This document shows, in pieces, positions 38,535 through 53,458 of a DNA stretch of 64,000 bases; the first letter of the stretch is position 1; every line of letters begins with the position of its first letter. Position numbers and translations under genes: made by a program. Below the pieces are notes generated by a model. The model did no database searches. It had not been told where the DNA came from and saw only the letters and a program-made list of their open reading frames with translations. Source of the DNA: Octopus sinensis (Eukaryota); assembly GCF_006345805.1 (NCBI RefSeq), contig NC_043008.1, positions 17,236,001-17,300,000 on the forward strand, given 5' to 3'.

Positions 38535-38745
38535 AGGCATCGAGCAAGCAGAATCGTTTACCACGCTGGGAAAAAAGCTTTGCAGTATTTTTCCCGATTT
38601 TACATTCTGAGTTCAAATGTCAGCGGTGTCGATTTTGCCTTTCATCTTTTCGTGGTCGATAAAATGAATAAGATTTGAACGCAATAGGTGATGTAATCAA
38701 TATACTAACTTCCCCGAAATTACTGGCATTGTGCTATAATTTGAA
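38535..38745 (+). mobile_element. Degenerate SINE family A (type-2 tail)
   Basis: ttctgagttcaaat...gcctttcatcttttcgtggtcgataaaat. Confidence 0.75.
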
Positions 38746-38904
38746 GCAAAAATGAGATGATATAAAGCCTTTTTCTATAAAAGGAAAATATATCCATAAG
38801 GCATATATATATTAGTTACAATTGAGAAACGAATCCGCGTTACGTACATCAAAGATCATCGGTTTAGCTACATGAGGCTATCATAGAGGTAAATGATTAG
38901 ACAG

Positions 38905-39305
38905 AAGGCGGTAAGCTGGCAGAAACGTTAGCACGCCGGGCGAAATACGCAGCCGTATTTCGTCTGCCGCTACGTTCTGAGTTCAAATTCCGCCGAAGTC
39001 GACTTTGGGGTCGTTTAAATAAGTACCAGTTACGCACTAGGGTCGATATAATCGACTTAATCCGTTTGTCTGTCCTTGATTACCCTGTTTCTGTTTAGCC
39101 CCTTGTGGGTAATAAAGAAATAGGTATTTCGTCTGCCGCTACGTTCTGAGTTCAAATTCCGCCGAGGTCGACTTTACATTTCATCCTTTCGGGGTCGATT
39201 AAATAAGTACCAGTTATGCACTGGGGTCGATATAATCGACTTAATCCGTTTGTCTGTCATTGTCTGTCCTCTCAGTGTTTAGCCCCTTGTGGATAGTAAA
39301 GAAAT
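38905..39305 (+). mobile_element. SINE family A dimer with 18-bp TSD
   Basis: TSD aggtaaatgattagacag at 38887-38904 and 39306-39323. Junction at 39122/39123. Confidence 0.93.
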
Positions 39306-39997
39306 AGGTAAATGATTAGACAGGTAGGAGTCATCTGCGATAAAAATTTTGTATGCGAATGGCATCATACAATTTATTTTCCCATTATTTGACCCCTTGA
39401 TGATATAAAACTACCAAGTTACTACGTTACAGCTGTTACAGAAACACAAATCTAAACGATATTTGTTCGTATCTCACCAGGCACGAAACATCTGCAGCAT
39501 CCTAATATCATACACCAGTTGCAGAAAACCCCACGCTCTTTCTCCATTCGTATACGTTCCAATCATATCGCAAATAAAAGGAAAAAAATGGCGTTTAAAA
39601 TATGGGTTGCGTGCAAGCCGTTTCTGCTATATAACACTTTACTACGTCTGTCTTTCATTTCTTTGATAGTGGTAACGCGTTTCAATATACGCAGCAGTTC
39701 CTATAGGTCTCTTGCACAGTATGACATTAAAATTATATTAATTAAGTTGACGACACTGGAGATAGAGTCTGTTTTAGGTCTTCTTCTATTTCCAATTATT
39801 CTGTATTGTTTATTTATGTATTTTTTTTTTTTTTGAAATTTTACTCATTTATTTGCTTCGATAATTAAACTCTGAAGTTATGCTGATTCAGGAGAAACCT
39901 AGTAACAAAAAAGAAAAAAATATATATATATATTTATCATAGCTAGCCAAGTCAAATAGAAATCCGTCTGACGAAAGAATCAAAAATACACATCTAT

Positions 39998-40058
<61 letters not shown>

Positions 40059-40175
40059 GTATAGGTGAAATAAGAATAATAGAAACCAAATATACACAAG
40101 GAAATTGTTTATATTTCAGTAATAAGAAAACACGATAAAATGAGAATTAGAATAAGAACAACGAAGACAACAACA

Positions 40176-40212
40176 TGAACAACAACAACTACTGCTGCTG
40201 CTGCTGCTGCTG

Positions 40213-40245
<33 letters not shown>

Positions 40246-40268
40246 ACTACTACTACTACTACTACTAC

Positions 40269-40356
<88 letters not shown>

Positions 40357-40536
40357 GCTACTACTATTACTACTGGAGCAACCGGCTTGGTCATTATCGT
40401 CGGCGTCGTTGTCGATCTTATCATCATCATCATCATCATCATCATCGCCATCATGTTAATCAACATATGTAAATGTTTTCTCCCTGGTATTTGATATGTA
40501 TTATGGATGATAATCGCCAAAACAAAGATTATGGTA

Positions 40537-40569
<33 letters not shown>

Positions 40570-40632
40570 GTGATGGTGATGATGATGATGATGATGATAA
40601 TGACGATGATGATGATGATGATGGTGATGATA
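40176..40632. repeat. Compound trinucleotide tracts (AAC, CTG, CTA, AAT, CAT, GAT)
   Basis: Direct inspection. Confidence 0.95.
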
Positions 40633-40634
40633 TA

Positions 40635-40802
40635 GGCGTAGGAGTGGCTGTGTCGTAAGTAGTTTCCTTACGAACTATGTGGTTCCGTGTTCAGTCCCAC
40701 CACATGGTAACATCAGCAAGTATATTCTAGTATAGCCACGGGCCAACCAAAGCTTTGTGAGTGAATTTGGTAGACGGAAACTGGACAGAAGCCCGTCGTA
40801 TG

Positions 40803-40860
<58 letters not shown>

Positions 40861-41098
40861 ATGTATGTGTGTGTATATGTTTGTGTGTCTGTGTTTGTCC
40901 TCCCGACATCGCTTGACAACTGATGCTGGCGTGTTTACGTCCCCGTAACTTTGCGTTTCGGCAAAAGAGAACGATAGAATAAGTACTAGGCTTACAAAGA
41001 ATAAATCCTGGGGTTGACGTGCTTGCTCGACAACAAGCGGTGCACCAGCATGGCCACAGTCAAATGACTAAAACAAGTAAAAGAGTAAAAAAGAAGAG
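40635..41098 (+). mobile_element. SINE family B, full length, inserted within a (GAT)n region
   Basis: Collinear with 23265-23699. Confidence 0.9.
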
Positions 41099-41099
41099 T

Positions 41100-41128
41100 A
41101 TGGTGGTGATGAAGATGATGATGGTGAA

Positions 41129-41179
<51 letters not shown>

Positions 41180-41233
41180 AATGGTGGTGATGGTGGTGGT
41201 GATGATGATGATGATGATGATGGTGGTGGTGGC

Positions 41234-41266
<33 letters not shown>

Positions 41267-41865
41267 ATTGATGGTTTTTGAGTGGTGTGATGGATGTAAT
41301 GCCGACAGAAACGCGGCGATATGTGGTGGTCGAGATAACAATAAATTTCGCGAAGTCGGTGATAAACGATGATGACGAAGAAGCGAACGTTGGCGGCAAC
41401 GAAAAGAGGCGGTGACAACGACGATACTACACCTGCTAATGCTGCTTGCAGCTGCAGGTGATCATTGGCACTGATTATGATTATGTTGGTGGTGATGATG
41501 ATGGTATTGATGGTGATGATGATGCTGATGATGGTGTCGATGATGATGATGATGATGATGATGACGATGATGATGGTGATGATGGTGATGACGATGATGA
41601 TGATGATGAAGATGAGGATGATGATGATGATGTTCAGGAGGAGTATGGTGATGATGATGATGATGATGATGGTGATGTTGATGATAATACTGATCATGGG
41701 GATGATGATGGTGAGGATGATGATAATGAAGATGAGGATGATGATGATGATGACGATGATGATACGGATGAGGTTGAGGATGGTGATGATGAGGAAAATG
41801 ATTATGATGATGATGATGATGATGGTGTTGGTGGTGTTGATGGTAGTTGTAGTGGCGGTGTTGGT
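41100..41865. repeat. Degenerate (GAT/GGT)n arrays
   Basis: Direct inspection. Confidence 0.95.
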
Positions 41866-42187
41866 TTTGATATTCATTTGCATATTGTTTCGTTCGTCAT
41901 TTACGTTGTACGAAATATATTCGAGCATATGGATTGATAATTCATCTGATGTGCCTTACTTTATCTGATTGTTGGAAAACATAATCGTATTGTATTGGCT
42001 TCCGGTCGATTAGGAATTAATCCAGTTCAAATCATTTGCTTCCTTCTCTAATATTGCAATAGGTCAAAAGGGGTTTTTAAAGCTTGTAGACATTTTTGTG
42101 TCTTCCAGTATTTCATATACCGTAACCACTCGCCATATCACGGTTTACCTATGGCGCCCTCGGTAAATCGCGGATTATTCTATCTAA

Positions 42188-42427
42188 TAGAGAGAGTGGC
42201 AGAAAGGATGCCCCGATTTCAAAGGTTAATAAAACAAACAAACACATGAAGATGAATGAAAAGCTTCGTAATTCTATAAAGTGCATTAAATTCCGTTTTG
42301 TTTCTGTTTCGGATAGTGGCCATTTCATGGCTTGAAATGGAGACCGGAGATTTCTTTTTGTATCTTCATGTGTTTGTTTTTTTTATTAAGCTTTGAAATC
42401 GGGGCTATCTTTCTGCTGGACCCTGTA
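42188..42427. mobile_element. Tc1/mariner-type MITE (about 240 bp, TIRs of about 60 bp)
   Basis: gcagaaag...gccccgatttcaaag.ttaataaaa...aaacacatgaagat is inverted at the right end, which terminates in ...accctg|ta. Confidence 0.8.
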
Positions 42428-42749
42428 TATGTAAATTTATAACGCGCACTCACCAGTATATCGCGGGTTTCTTCTGGCGATACGTGTTTATAAATTTTAG
42501 ATTCAAATTTTTTTTTTTCAGGTAAAATGAGCATCTTCACGCCTAAAAATTAATAAATTGATAAATAAGAATACAGATGAATAAGGATATCGCACAGTAT
42601 AATACATTAATTAACATATATTAAAAGAAAGAACGCTGTGTACCGTAGATGAATAAATAAAGCATCCCACATACTGTATGAAAACTAAACACGGAAAACG
42701 AATCCTGGCAATATAGAGTCAATAAAATATTGGAAGACCTGCCGGAATT

Positions 42750-43733
42750 AAATTCTTTTCCGATCAAAAGGTTATCCAATTCTGGAAGAAGTGGTATTCA
42801 GTAGGGGCAAGATAAGGTGAGTATGGTGGATGATGGAGAACTTCCAACTACAAACCCTGTAGTTTCGCCAATGTTATGTGTGATCTAGAGTTGTCTTGCA
42901 ATAAAATAGGAGTGGATCTGTTGACTAATCTTTTGTAAGTTTCTGCACCATTTGGTCCAGTTGGCTGCATTTTACTTCGGCCGCGATTGATGAGCAAGAT
43001 TTAATGAGAAATCATAACGGATCACATCTGCGCCAGACCGCCAAACACACGCCATCAGCTTTTTTTGATGAATTTTGCTTTTTGGCCTGTGCTTTGGTGG
43101 CTCGCCTTTGTCCAACCATTATTCTGAACGTTCGCGATTGTTGTATTTGATCTATTTCTCATCACATGTTACACTGCGATTCAAAAATGATTCATTCTTG
43201 TGATGAGAAAATAGCATTATGCAGGCTTCCAAACGTGGCTGTTTCTGATTTTCATTGAGTTCATGTGGAACACACTTATCTAAATTTTTCACTTTACCGA
43301 TAATTTACGGGCACTTTGGGATGGATATGACTCGACGTTGGCTTTCAGTTTACCATTATCCACCATTGTTTCTGATCGACTGCGTTGCTCATTTGTGAGG
43401 TCAAAGTGACCAGAAAGATTTTTTTCAAACCATTTTGATACTGGCTGCTGTGTAATAACATTAGAATGAAATGCTCCGTTAATATTCCGAGGTGTCAGTG
43501 ATGCTGTACTTCCAAGAAAGAAGTCATATTTCGAAACTATACGAATTTCCGAATTATAAAAAAAAATATTTATAAATACTTTATAAAGCGCAAAATGAGT
43601 TAGAATAAAGAAATAGATGTGTCAGCTTTCTAACAAAAAATTAAGATTGTCAAATATAATAATAGCGCAATATGAATAGCTGCCAAGTTTTACCATATAC
43701 CTTGCTACAAATTTCATACTTAACGACCTAAAC
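42750..43733 (-). mobile_element. Decayed mariner transposon
   Basis: Mariner motifs (W/C)VPHEL at about 43260, VTCDEK* at about 43165 and HPPYSPYLAPTEYHFF at about 42785-42835. Many stops. Boundaries approximate. Confidence 0.88.
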
Positions 43734-43735
43734 TA

Positions 43736-43737
43736 TG

Positions 43738-43822
<85 letters not shown>

Positions 43823-43856
43823 TATATATGTATAAATATATATATATATATATACA
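43736..43856. repeat. (TA)n microsatellite
   Basis: Direct inspection. Confidence 0.95.
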
Positions 43857-45507
43857 TAATTTTACGGTAATTAGGGGGGAATACCCAAACAGAATCGATA
43901 CTGATTTGTTTCATTGACACAATTGATATATTATTTGAGGTTCCTTAAACCAATTTTTAAAACTTCCAAACAGAAACCAAAGGAAATTGCATACCAAAAT
44001 AAAAACAAAGAAACCTGGAAACTAGAAGATAACATGTCACCAAAATGTAACGCGTTAAATAACCGCTTGTTTGGTCATTAGAGTACATCTCTTTGAAAAG
44101 TAATCTTGCATTGAGCCCATGAAGTCACTCACCAATCCATTATGTACCATACTATACTGATTTACTGGTTGCCAGTAGCACTGAACGTAACCTGGCATAA
44201 AATAATATATTCAAAATATTATAACCTGTTCGCTTGTCTGTGTATATTTAGTCGAATAATACTCGTAAAATTATTGTATCTTAGATCTAAACACATATGG
44301 TATAAAATTTGGCATTTAAAATATTTAAAGCATCTTACACTCTCTTTGGAGAAAATTCCATTTCACAGATTTCAGCTTTTATAGAGGTGATGGCTTATTA
44401 ATTTCCCGTTTTATGAACGGCCATCAACTTGATAATCTTTGGAAAAAACTTATTAATGTATTTAAATAGTTTCGTTTAAGAATAACAAGTAGTACTAACA
44501 TCAATATATTGATTGTTTCACTCTTAAATAGGAAGCCAATTAAAACATTGGCCTTTATTAATAAGCCATTGGGTAACTATCCTGCAGCCATGAATAATTT
44601 AGTAAATGGAATTACCCCTCACGTTTTTAGCTTTCCAGTATTTGAAGTTTTCAAAAGTGCATCACACCGCGAAGCGAAGGTCTTAAAATATAATAGTTTC
44701 TACGAAGAAATACGATACATTAAATATAGCAAACCTAGTAAAGCAATAAATAATGGAAAGTGTAGCATTAGCTGCTTCAGTTCATCTTTTCGCCAGTTTG
44801 TGACTGGAAATATCGCAAAAAATAATATTTAGCTGTGCAGTATAAAGATACGTTTCAATATCTTAACACTTCATCGGTGTTCTAAATACGGGATGCATTC
44901 AAAATGCATTATATGTTATTTTTTTATCGCCAAAACTTATGCCGCCTGGGAGAAATCCTTTAGGTGTAAGGTAAAACCACCTATCTTGTGCATACACGAA
45001 AATTTTCATGCCAGAAGTCCTCGTCAGTTTCCGGTTGGTATTCTTAGTGTACAGACCTGCTGCACCTGCATGGCAGATTTTTGTTTTCACCGAATGCATC
45101 GTGTAGATATACTACATCGAGTTTTGCTAAAAGCTTAGTTATAGTCAAGTTCAAACCATCCTGAATCCTAAACACACGTTGTATAAAATTTCAAGTTTCA
45201 ACCATACGAAAACAAACTGCAATATAAGACGTTTAAATTTAATTCGCCTTGAGTTGTATTACCATTTAATAATATAGACAATGAAAGAAAAACATTTCTT
45301 CCAGTGGAAACCATAGGTAGAAAATATTAGTTAAACCTCATTCTCAACTTGGAATTAAAAATTCGCTTCCAGTTGGTAGTAGAATTCGGGAATACATTGG
45401 AATAATTTTACTTCAGAACAGGGGTCTCTTATTTTACAAATCTCGGAGTTAAAATCTTATCAGAACCATTGAAATTTTCTGGTGCTAAACATTACACTTC
45501 TACCTGC

Positions 45508-45599
45508 ACATCCATCCATCCATCCACCCATCCATACATCCACCCATCCATCCATCCATCCATCCATCCACACATCCATTCGTCCATCCATTCATCCAT
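45508..45599. repeat. (CATC)n tetranucleotide repeat
   Basis: Direct inspection. Confidence 0.92.
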
Positions 45600-47853
45600 G
45601 TATGTGTGTGTGTCTGAGTCTTTCAGATAATTTATTAATAGAAATCTTATATAAGGAAGTGATTTGATTTTTAGCCTTTGAGAGAAAACATCAAATTTTA
45701 TACTCTACTAAAACAGATTTAGTATAAAGTTATTCAATAATGTAGTGATAAAAAAAATCATACCAAAATAATGTGTCTAGGAAATAATTTCTATATTCTT
45801 ACTCTGACAGCAATTCTTCATATCAGCAAGAATTATATTTTTTATTTGATTCCTTTTTTTTTTAGGCTGAAGAAAAATCAAACGCAATTATTTTTCATTT
45901 TTTTCTAACTTACTCTATAAGCATAAATATTAATGAATAACAACGGAAAAGTAAAATTTCATTTTAATTACTTATGCTATCAGACATTTGTGAAATAGAA
46001 ATTATATTGATTTATTTTTGTGCTGAAAGTGTTGGATGATGAAATAAATTCGATATTGTTTAATGGAGAGCACAAATCTATATAGAATTGTATTTTGTAA
46101 TCTTCTGAATAGTATTTGTTTGATCTCTTGGTAATTTTCTTTATTTCATAAAGCTTGGTTAACCCTATTTGTGGTAGGTTTGGTTAAAGTTTTCCTAGTT
46201 ATTTAACTGATGTAATATCTGTGTTCACTGTCAGAACGAATAATAGTCGAAGCGAGTGATAATCCTGTTGCTTTTAGCAGAGTTTCAAATGAGAATCCTT
46301 CTTAAAATGAGGAATTTTATATACTAGAATAGTTGGAACCGTAAAGCAAAAATCAAGGTTTTATTATTTTTATTACTATAAGAACGACTTAAAGTACGAT
46401 ATTGTGCGGAGTGTCAAAGCAAAATCCTATTCGATTTAAACGTATTTACAATTTACCGACTGGAAACGTTACATATATAAAAGAAGCCACTAATTTATCT
46501 TGAATATTAAATTGTCATGTCATCACATTTTCTTTAACCTTATTGAAAGGGGAAAAAAATTCTTTTACCTGTAAAATACCTGCGCTACTCTTAACTTAGG
46601 AAATTGCTCTCATAACATTATTGCGCCCTCTAGTTGCAACTCAAGTTAATACAATTTAAGTTTAGTAATTTGATGTTTCTTTTTATTGCTGTGTGGAATT
46701 ATCATACTGATGGTTATGTAGCAATCATTTCCAGGTAACTCTATTGTAATTTCATGTATTCCCTTGAAATTTTTAACTAGCACATCGTTTCTTTACTATA
46801 AAATTAGTTCATCTTATTTTCAGTCAAGTTCTCAAATGTCAGCGTATGTAGGTTTAATTACAAGCACATTTAGATATACATCTTGACAATTGAAATAACT
46901 GTTTGTGTCAGATGCACAAAATTATACGGTGTTAGCAATTTCTTTTAAGTGAGAAACTTATTCTGGTGGAAATTGTATGTGATAATGATAAGGAAAGAGA
47001 ATAATTTGCACGTCAGTTATAACCCACAGCTCTTGAACCGAATAAAGATGCAGCCGTAGTGATTCGAAGTTCAAAACGAAACAACTAAAGTCAAGTGTAA
47101 AGCGGAGTACTGATGCCAATCATTATTTTCTCAAATAAACAAGTCCTTTACCGTAAATAGAGGATTGTGCTGAAGCTATCAAAACAATGGGTTATTGATA
47201 CAATTGTCACTAAAAGTAACTTCTTGTGAAACCTGTAAATAGGAACACTGAATAAATTATGAAGAAAACATAGTTTGCCATTGATAAATCACACAGCTAT
47301 TGGTTTTATAAGCATCACTGGTATTGTTTTTAATTTTATGTTGGAGAATATTGCCTAAAATCCGCATCTGCTTGATATGAAAATTTATGCTTTTTTTAGT
47401 GAGTGCCATTCGTGTGTCTTCAAGGAAAATAGTGTCATTTGAATGTTGGTTCTTATGCGCGTTGTATCTAACGTCTACCTGCGAAAGAGAGACGTCTGCA
47501 TATGAATATATGTTTATTGGAGACAATAGCTAACTAGAAGCTTTAATACCAAAATTAAAATTAAAACGACAAGAGAAATAATATATTAACAAGCCAAACT
47601 GTGTTATAATCGTTGAAAAATATATTTCCTGGAGTTTTATTTGTTCCAGAATTGTAGGTGCATACGTACAAGGATGTGAATACCGATGTGCCTAGTGCCT
47701 TTCAAAAATATAGATGTCCATTTATGAAACAGCTCACCTCTTCACTTCTATATTTCTCTGTCGTTTGCACTCCGTGTAAGTTTGATCTATTAATATAAAT
47801 ATATATGTATTTATACATAAATATTCAGTGTCCGAAAATCTGGTCTTGCCTTA

Positions 47854-47889
<36 letters not shown>

Positions 47890-48206
47890 ATTCACTAATT
47901 AATTAATCAAAGGACATATTAAGGATGTCTACCTGCTAGAAGTAACAGTAAAAACTCTTATTTAAATCGTTAAAATACAGTGATAATAGCTACAGAATTC
48001 AACTGTCCGAAGTCAAACGGGCCACGACAATATTTCAGCATGCATTCAAGTATTTGGACTCACGTGGACGAGCTTCTGGACTGCATGTGGCTGATTAGCA
48101 AGCTAATCACCACAAACCACTCCTGTGTATGTATGTATGTATGTATGTATGTATGTATGTATGTATGTATGTATATGTATGTATGTATGTATGAATATAT
48201 ATATAT

Positions 48207-48603
48207 GTGAATGGAAGGAGATTCCGGCAGAAACCAAGGCTGCGATTTAAGGACTGTGTCAAGTCCTCATTAAAGACCTGTCATATGCAGGACACTGACT
48301 TGCAGAACAATGCCTGTCCTCGCCACAGATGGAGGAAGCAGGTTAAGGAATGGATCTACACTTTTGAGAGAGCACGTATCCAGCATGAAGAACTTAAGCG
48401 AGCTGCACGAAAGCGCACGGCTCGTATAGTGAATGGGGAAAGCTCGGTCTGCCATGTTTACAGCCGTGTAAGCTTGTCAAGAGCAGGGCTCATTAGCCAC
48501 CAACGGAGCCGCAAATGCAAAATATAAGTTAGTCCTAGAGCGCACAATGTTCCTGAAGGTCGGCAATGGTCTTCCTTGGTCACGAGTGGACGGCCATCAT
48601 CAT
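48207..48603 (+). mobile_element. 5'-truncated RTE-clade LINE 3' end
   Basis: GRR..QKPRLRFKDCVKSSLKTC...RHRWRKQV...FE..R...KRAARK...C..YSR.SLSRAGLISHQR matches the RTE/BovB-like C terminus with a decayed C2H2 finger. Short UTR ending catcatcat. Flanked by (GTAT)n. Confidence 0.8.
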
Positions 48604-49458
48604 GTATGTATGCATGTATGTATGTATGTATGTATGTATGTATGTATGTATGTATGTATGTATGTATGTATGTATGTATAGAGAGAGATAGATAGATAGA
48701 TACAAACAAACATGCATACATATAGAGAGAAAGAGAGAGAGAGACATATCTTTTATATGCCAAACTGAACTTGTTATACTTAGTTTGTTTATCCTCATAA
48801 TTGATTGCATCTCTCCACAACTACATACGAATGGACATTTAATAGGCTATGCCACTCCGGGCTATAGCAAAGACACCTGCCAATGGTGCCACGCAGGAAA
48901 ACTGAAGTTTACACCAAGAGGTTGTGAAACGAAGTGCTTAATTGCTGAGCCATTAACTGCATCACTTTATATAGAAGCATTATGAGTAAACAGAAAATGG
49001 CGTGAAATCTTAAAATTATGATTGGGTATAAATCCCCTGGAGATCTTGCTTAATGAAAAAGAAATAATAAGAAGAGTGGGAGATCATACTTCATGTAATA
49101 TGCAAATATGTTTTAATGAATTAAACTGGCACAACTATTAATGAGAAACATCATTAAGTTAATGAAAAATTCTAAGTAAGACATAGGAGAGAAATCCACA
49201 ATTTTCAACTAACCAAAGCAGCATGTTAGCAAATGCGGAAATGTATCGTTGTAATTAGGCATACGATGCATGTGTTACTTCGCTGTGTGTGGGCGTGAGT
49301 TAATGTCTGTTCAAATGATTGTGTGAGCGTGTTCGTTTGTGGAGGAGGGTGGAGATTTGAATTTTATCGGGGCTGATACAGAAATAACTGGTAACAGCAA
49401 GAGCAACGGTTGCAAGAACAAGGATAATGGTTTGAAAATTTGGCACAAAGCTAGTGCA

Positions 49459-50166
<708 letters not shown>

Positions 50167-50329
50167 TGAAATTTATTTCTATTTTCCAATTGTAATGATG
50201 TATTTTAACTGTATATCATCTCCATTGCTCGCACAGCACGTGCAAATACGCTTGCCACAATATAATCCAATTAACATCAAACCATCTCCGTCCCGAAACA
50301 TCATAAACAGAAAATTATAAATAAATTAA

Positions 50330-51490
50330 ATAATACCAGTAGTATTCAACCCAAGAATAACAATCGGGAAGTACGTACTTTAAACTCATTACACAAATAG
50401 TACGTAAAACTACATGTGCAAAAACATTTAACACCAGAAATGAAAGGACCAGTACCCTACGAAAATGACCGTCAAAATAAAAGGCTGCATGTTATTCCTT
50501 ATGTCACGCAAATAAAATCAAAAAAGCATAAATGGACACGAGGGGAATATATTTCAATCCTACACGCTTATTTTGCAGCATTGCTCTAACCAAAGAACGA
50601 AAACACAACAAAATATATATATAAAATCTAGAAGAAAAATAACCCAGATAAAGTCTTCGATACAGCAATGAACCCTAATAAAGTAGCTAATATATGAAGA
50701 TATGTTATCAAAACAAAAAAAATATCAGAAACAGAAATAGAACAGTTAAAAGGAAAAATGAATCAGGAAAATTTAGGCACTAACCACAGAGCAATGACAA
50801 ATAATATCCTAAACACTGGGACTGTAAAACACGAAGACACATGTAACATTTCCCACAAAAGTGAAGTAAACTACAAAAGACAACAAGCACAAACCTCAGG
50901 AAATGTATATTGAAATGTAAATATGAAGTGGAGGGAAGAAATACGAAACAAATCTAAAACCTGGAAACAGTGAAGGGGAACGTAATGATTATGATCTTCT
51001 AAAAATGAGCATAATCAAAAAACTGAAACCACAGATCTCAGTATGGGCTACCGATTTTAAAATTAAAATTGCTACTAAAACAACATCAATAATAAATAGC
51101 ATGAGCTTGGACGTCACAGAAGTAGTAGCCACAGAAACAAAAGTCAGTATGACCAGGCATTATGACATAATATATGCAGCAGCTGCTATGGCCACAAAAA
51201 GAAGCTGAATACTCCCTCAAACAGAGCCAAACAGGACTACCACCACCAAAACAAATCCCGTGGATAAATAATATCAATAAAAAGTAGAAAATCAAAGAAA
51301 GAATGCGAGTATCTTTAATGAAACTAGTAGACAATCAATACTACTAAGCAACAAGGAGAAAACAGAAATGCTACATAAATACAAAATTACAGAACAAAGT
51401 ACACCTGAGGTAAAAGAACAACCAAAGCAAGATGTCCTCGGCAAAGCACAAAGAATCCGCCAGTATATATATATGACTGCCTAGGTATAA
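50330..51490 (+). mobile_element. 5' (N-terminal) part of an R4/Dong-like element, decayed
   Basis: KHKWTRGEYISILHAYF...NKVANI*RYVIKTKKISETEIEQLK and IYAAAA...PWINNINKK resemble the N-terminal region of R4-clade ORFs. It lies between two (AAT)n arrays. Boundaries approximate. Confidence 0.6.
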
Positions 51491-51557
51491 CACCTTGTTG
51501 TTTCTTGAGTGAGACTTGTAACCAACTCGTACAATTACAAAGCAAAATCCAAACATA

Positions 51558-51606
51558 TAATATTAATAATAATATTAATAATAATAATAATATTAATAAT
51601 AATATT

Positions 51607-51683
<77 letters not shown>
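51558..51683. repeat. (AAT)n microsatellite
   Basis: Direct inspection. Confidence 0.97.
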
Positions 51684-51685
<2 letters not shown>

Positions 51686-51819
51686 CCCTGATGCAGTACC
51701 AATGCCCTGATGCAGTACCATAAGCATGCCCTGATGCAGTACCAATGCCCTGATGCAGTACCAATGCCCTGATGCAGTACCAATGCCCTGATGCAGTACC
51801 ATGCCCTGATGCAGTACCA
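51683..51819 (+). repeat. Seven tandem copies of ATGCCCTGATGCAGTACCA (19-mer)
   Basis: Units start at 51683, 51702, 51726, 51745, 51764, 51783 and 51801. One 5-nt spacer (taagc). One unit is 18 nt. Confidence 0.95.
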
Positions 51820-52356
51820 GGCAGTGGCTCTCATGGCTTCTGATCTTAACTGATTGGAAGTGTTATCATGTACATTGTTTTGTCTTGGTATAAAAGATGG
51901 GCTACAGCAAATATTCTGCTCAATACCACAGATTTGCTTGTCAGTTGTTTGACCTTAACCAGTTGAGCATGCCCCTTAGTGGCTGACGATATGTGCATCT
52001 CTGATCACGAGCAGAAGTAGTGGGGGAGCATCATAGCCATGTGTTGAGAAGGATTCTTTGGGGTTTGAATAGTTCACCTCTGGAAACATGGGCGTTTCGT
52101 TCAACGTCCTTAAACAACCCTTATTCAGGGACCTTTTGAACGTGATGGGTTACTCGATCTGAAGAAAATTCTAACTGGGCTCCACCTGCAAGGTCATGTG
52201 CTGTTTATCTTGATATGAGATCACCATGTCGCGCACATATGGTTGTGATGCATGTGCCTGGTGTACCTTTATCAGACGGGTAGTCATGATGGGTATACTG
52301 GGCTTCGTATATTTTACCCCAGTGCCACTTTGATGGCATGCTCTGCTCGCTCACTC
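51683..52356 (+). mobile_element. Non-coding element E embedded in (AAT)n
   Basis: (AAT)n on both sides. Second partial copy at 12375-12660 (-), also abutting (AAT)n. Orientation is arbitrary. Confidence 0.8.
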
Positions 52357-52394
<38 letters not shown>

Positions 52395-52467
52395 TAGTGA
52401 CCATGACAATCATGATGACGATGATGTCGACGATGATGATGATGTTGATAATGATGATGACGACGAC

Positions 52468-52514
<47 letters not shown>

Positions 52515-52737
52515 GGGTGATGATTGTGATGATGATTATGAGGGTAATGAGATTGATGACGATGATGATGTTGATGATGATGATGATGAGGAGGAGGAGG
52601 ATATTGAGGATGATGATAAGGATGATGATGATGACGTTGGTGATGATGATGATGATGATGATTATGATGAGGAGGAGGAGGAGAAGGAAAAGGTGGATGA
52701 TGATGACGATGATGATGATGGTGATGATGATGATGAT
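52357..52737. repeat. (AAT)n then degenerate (GAT/GAG)n
   Basis: Direct inspection. Confidence 0.96.
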
Positions 52738-53297
52738 TTGTAGTAGTCTGTTTTATTCAAATTGCTCTTTGCTTAGTATAAGCTTTGAAATGAAAGAACA
52801 TGGTTGGTAGTCTGTAGGCTTCTTAGTTTGCTTCGCTGCACTTTTAACGGTGGCGCGTTTACGCAGCAGTCAGACCAGACCAGCATCAAATACAGTACGA
52901 CTGATCTGATCAACTTAGCGATTTCCAATGAAAAGGAACAAATCACTTGATGACACAAACACTTCGCAACCTAAATCCCCCCCAATTGGAAAAATTGCAT
53001 TGTCGTTGAAATGAAACGACAGGAATGAATGCGTTGGCGGGGTGGGTGGGGGGGAAATGAGATTGAAATTAATGAACCAAGCGATACATACTCCTGGTCG
53101 CGGATATGTGTGACTTGTACGCAAATAATTTTCAAGTACAACAGAATTAAACGTTATTATACCGATTTTGCTAACGTTCTTTTGATTCGCTAATTGCATT
53201 ATTGAACTTCGAGTTGTAAGATTTCAACGGATTGATGAAGAAATCGGTAAAGCAGGCAATTGATTACCACTTATGGTTCTATATAAAGAGAATATCT

Positions 53298-53379
53298 GCA
53301 TGTGCGTACGTGCGTGCGTGTGCATGTATGTGCGTGTGTGTGCGCGCTCGTGTGTGTATATGTCTGTGTATGTGTGTAT

Positions 53380-53458
<79 letters not shown>

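Noticed and set aside
51683-51819. CRISPR-like array
   Set aside because: The 19-bp units are directly adjacent with no unique spacers, there are no cas genes, and the context is eukaryotic.
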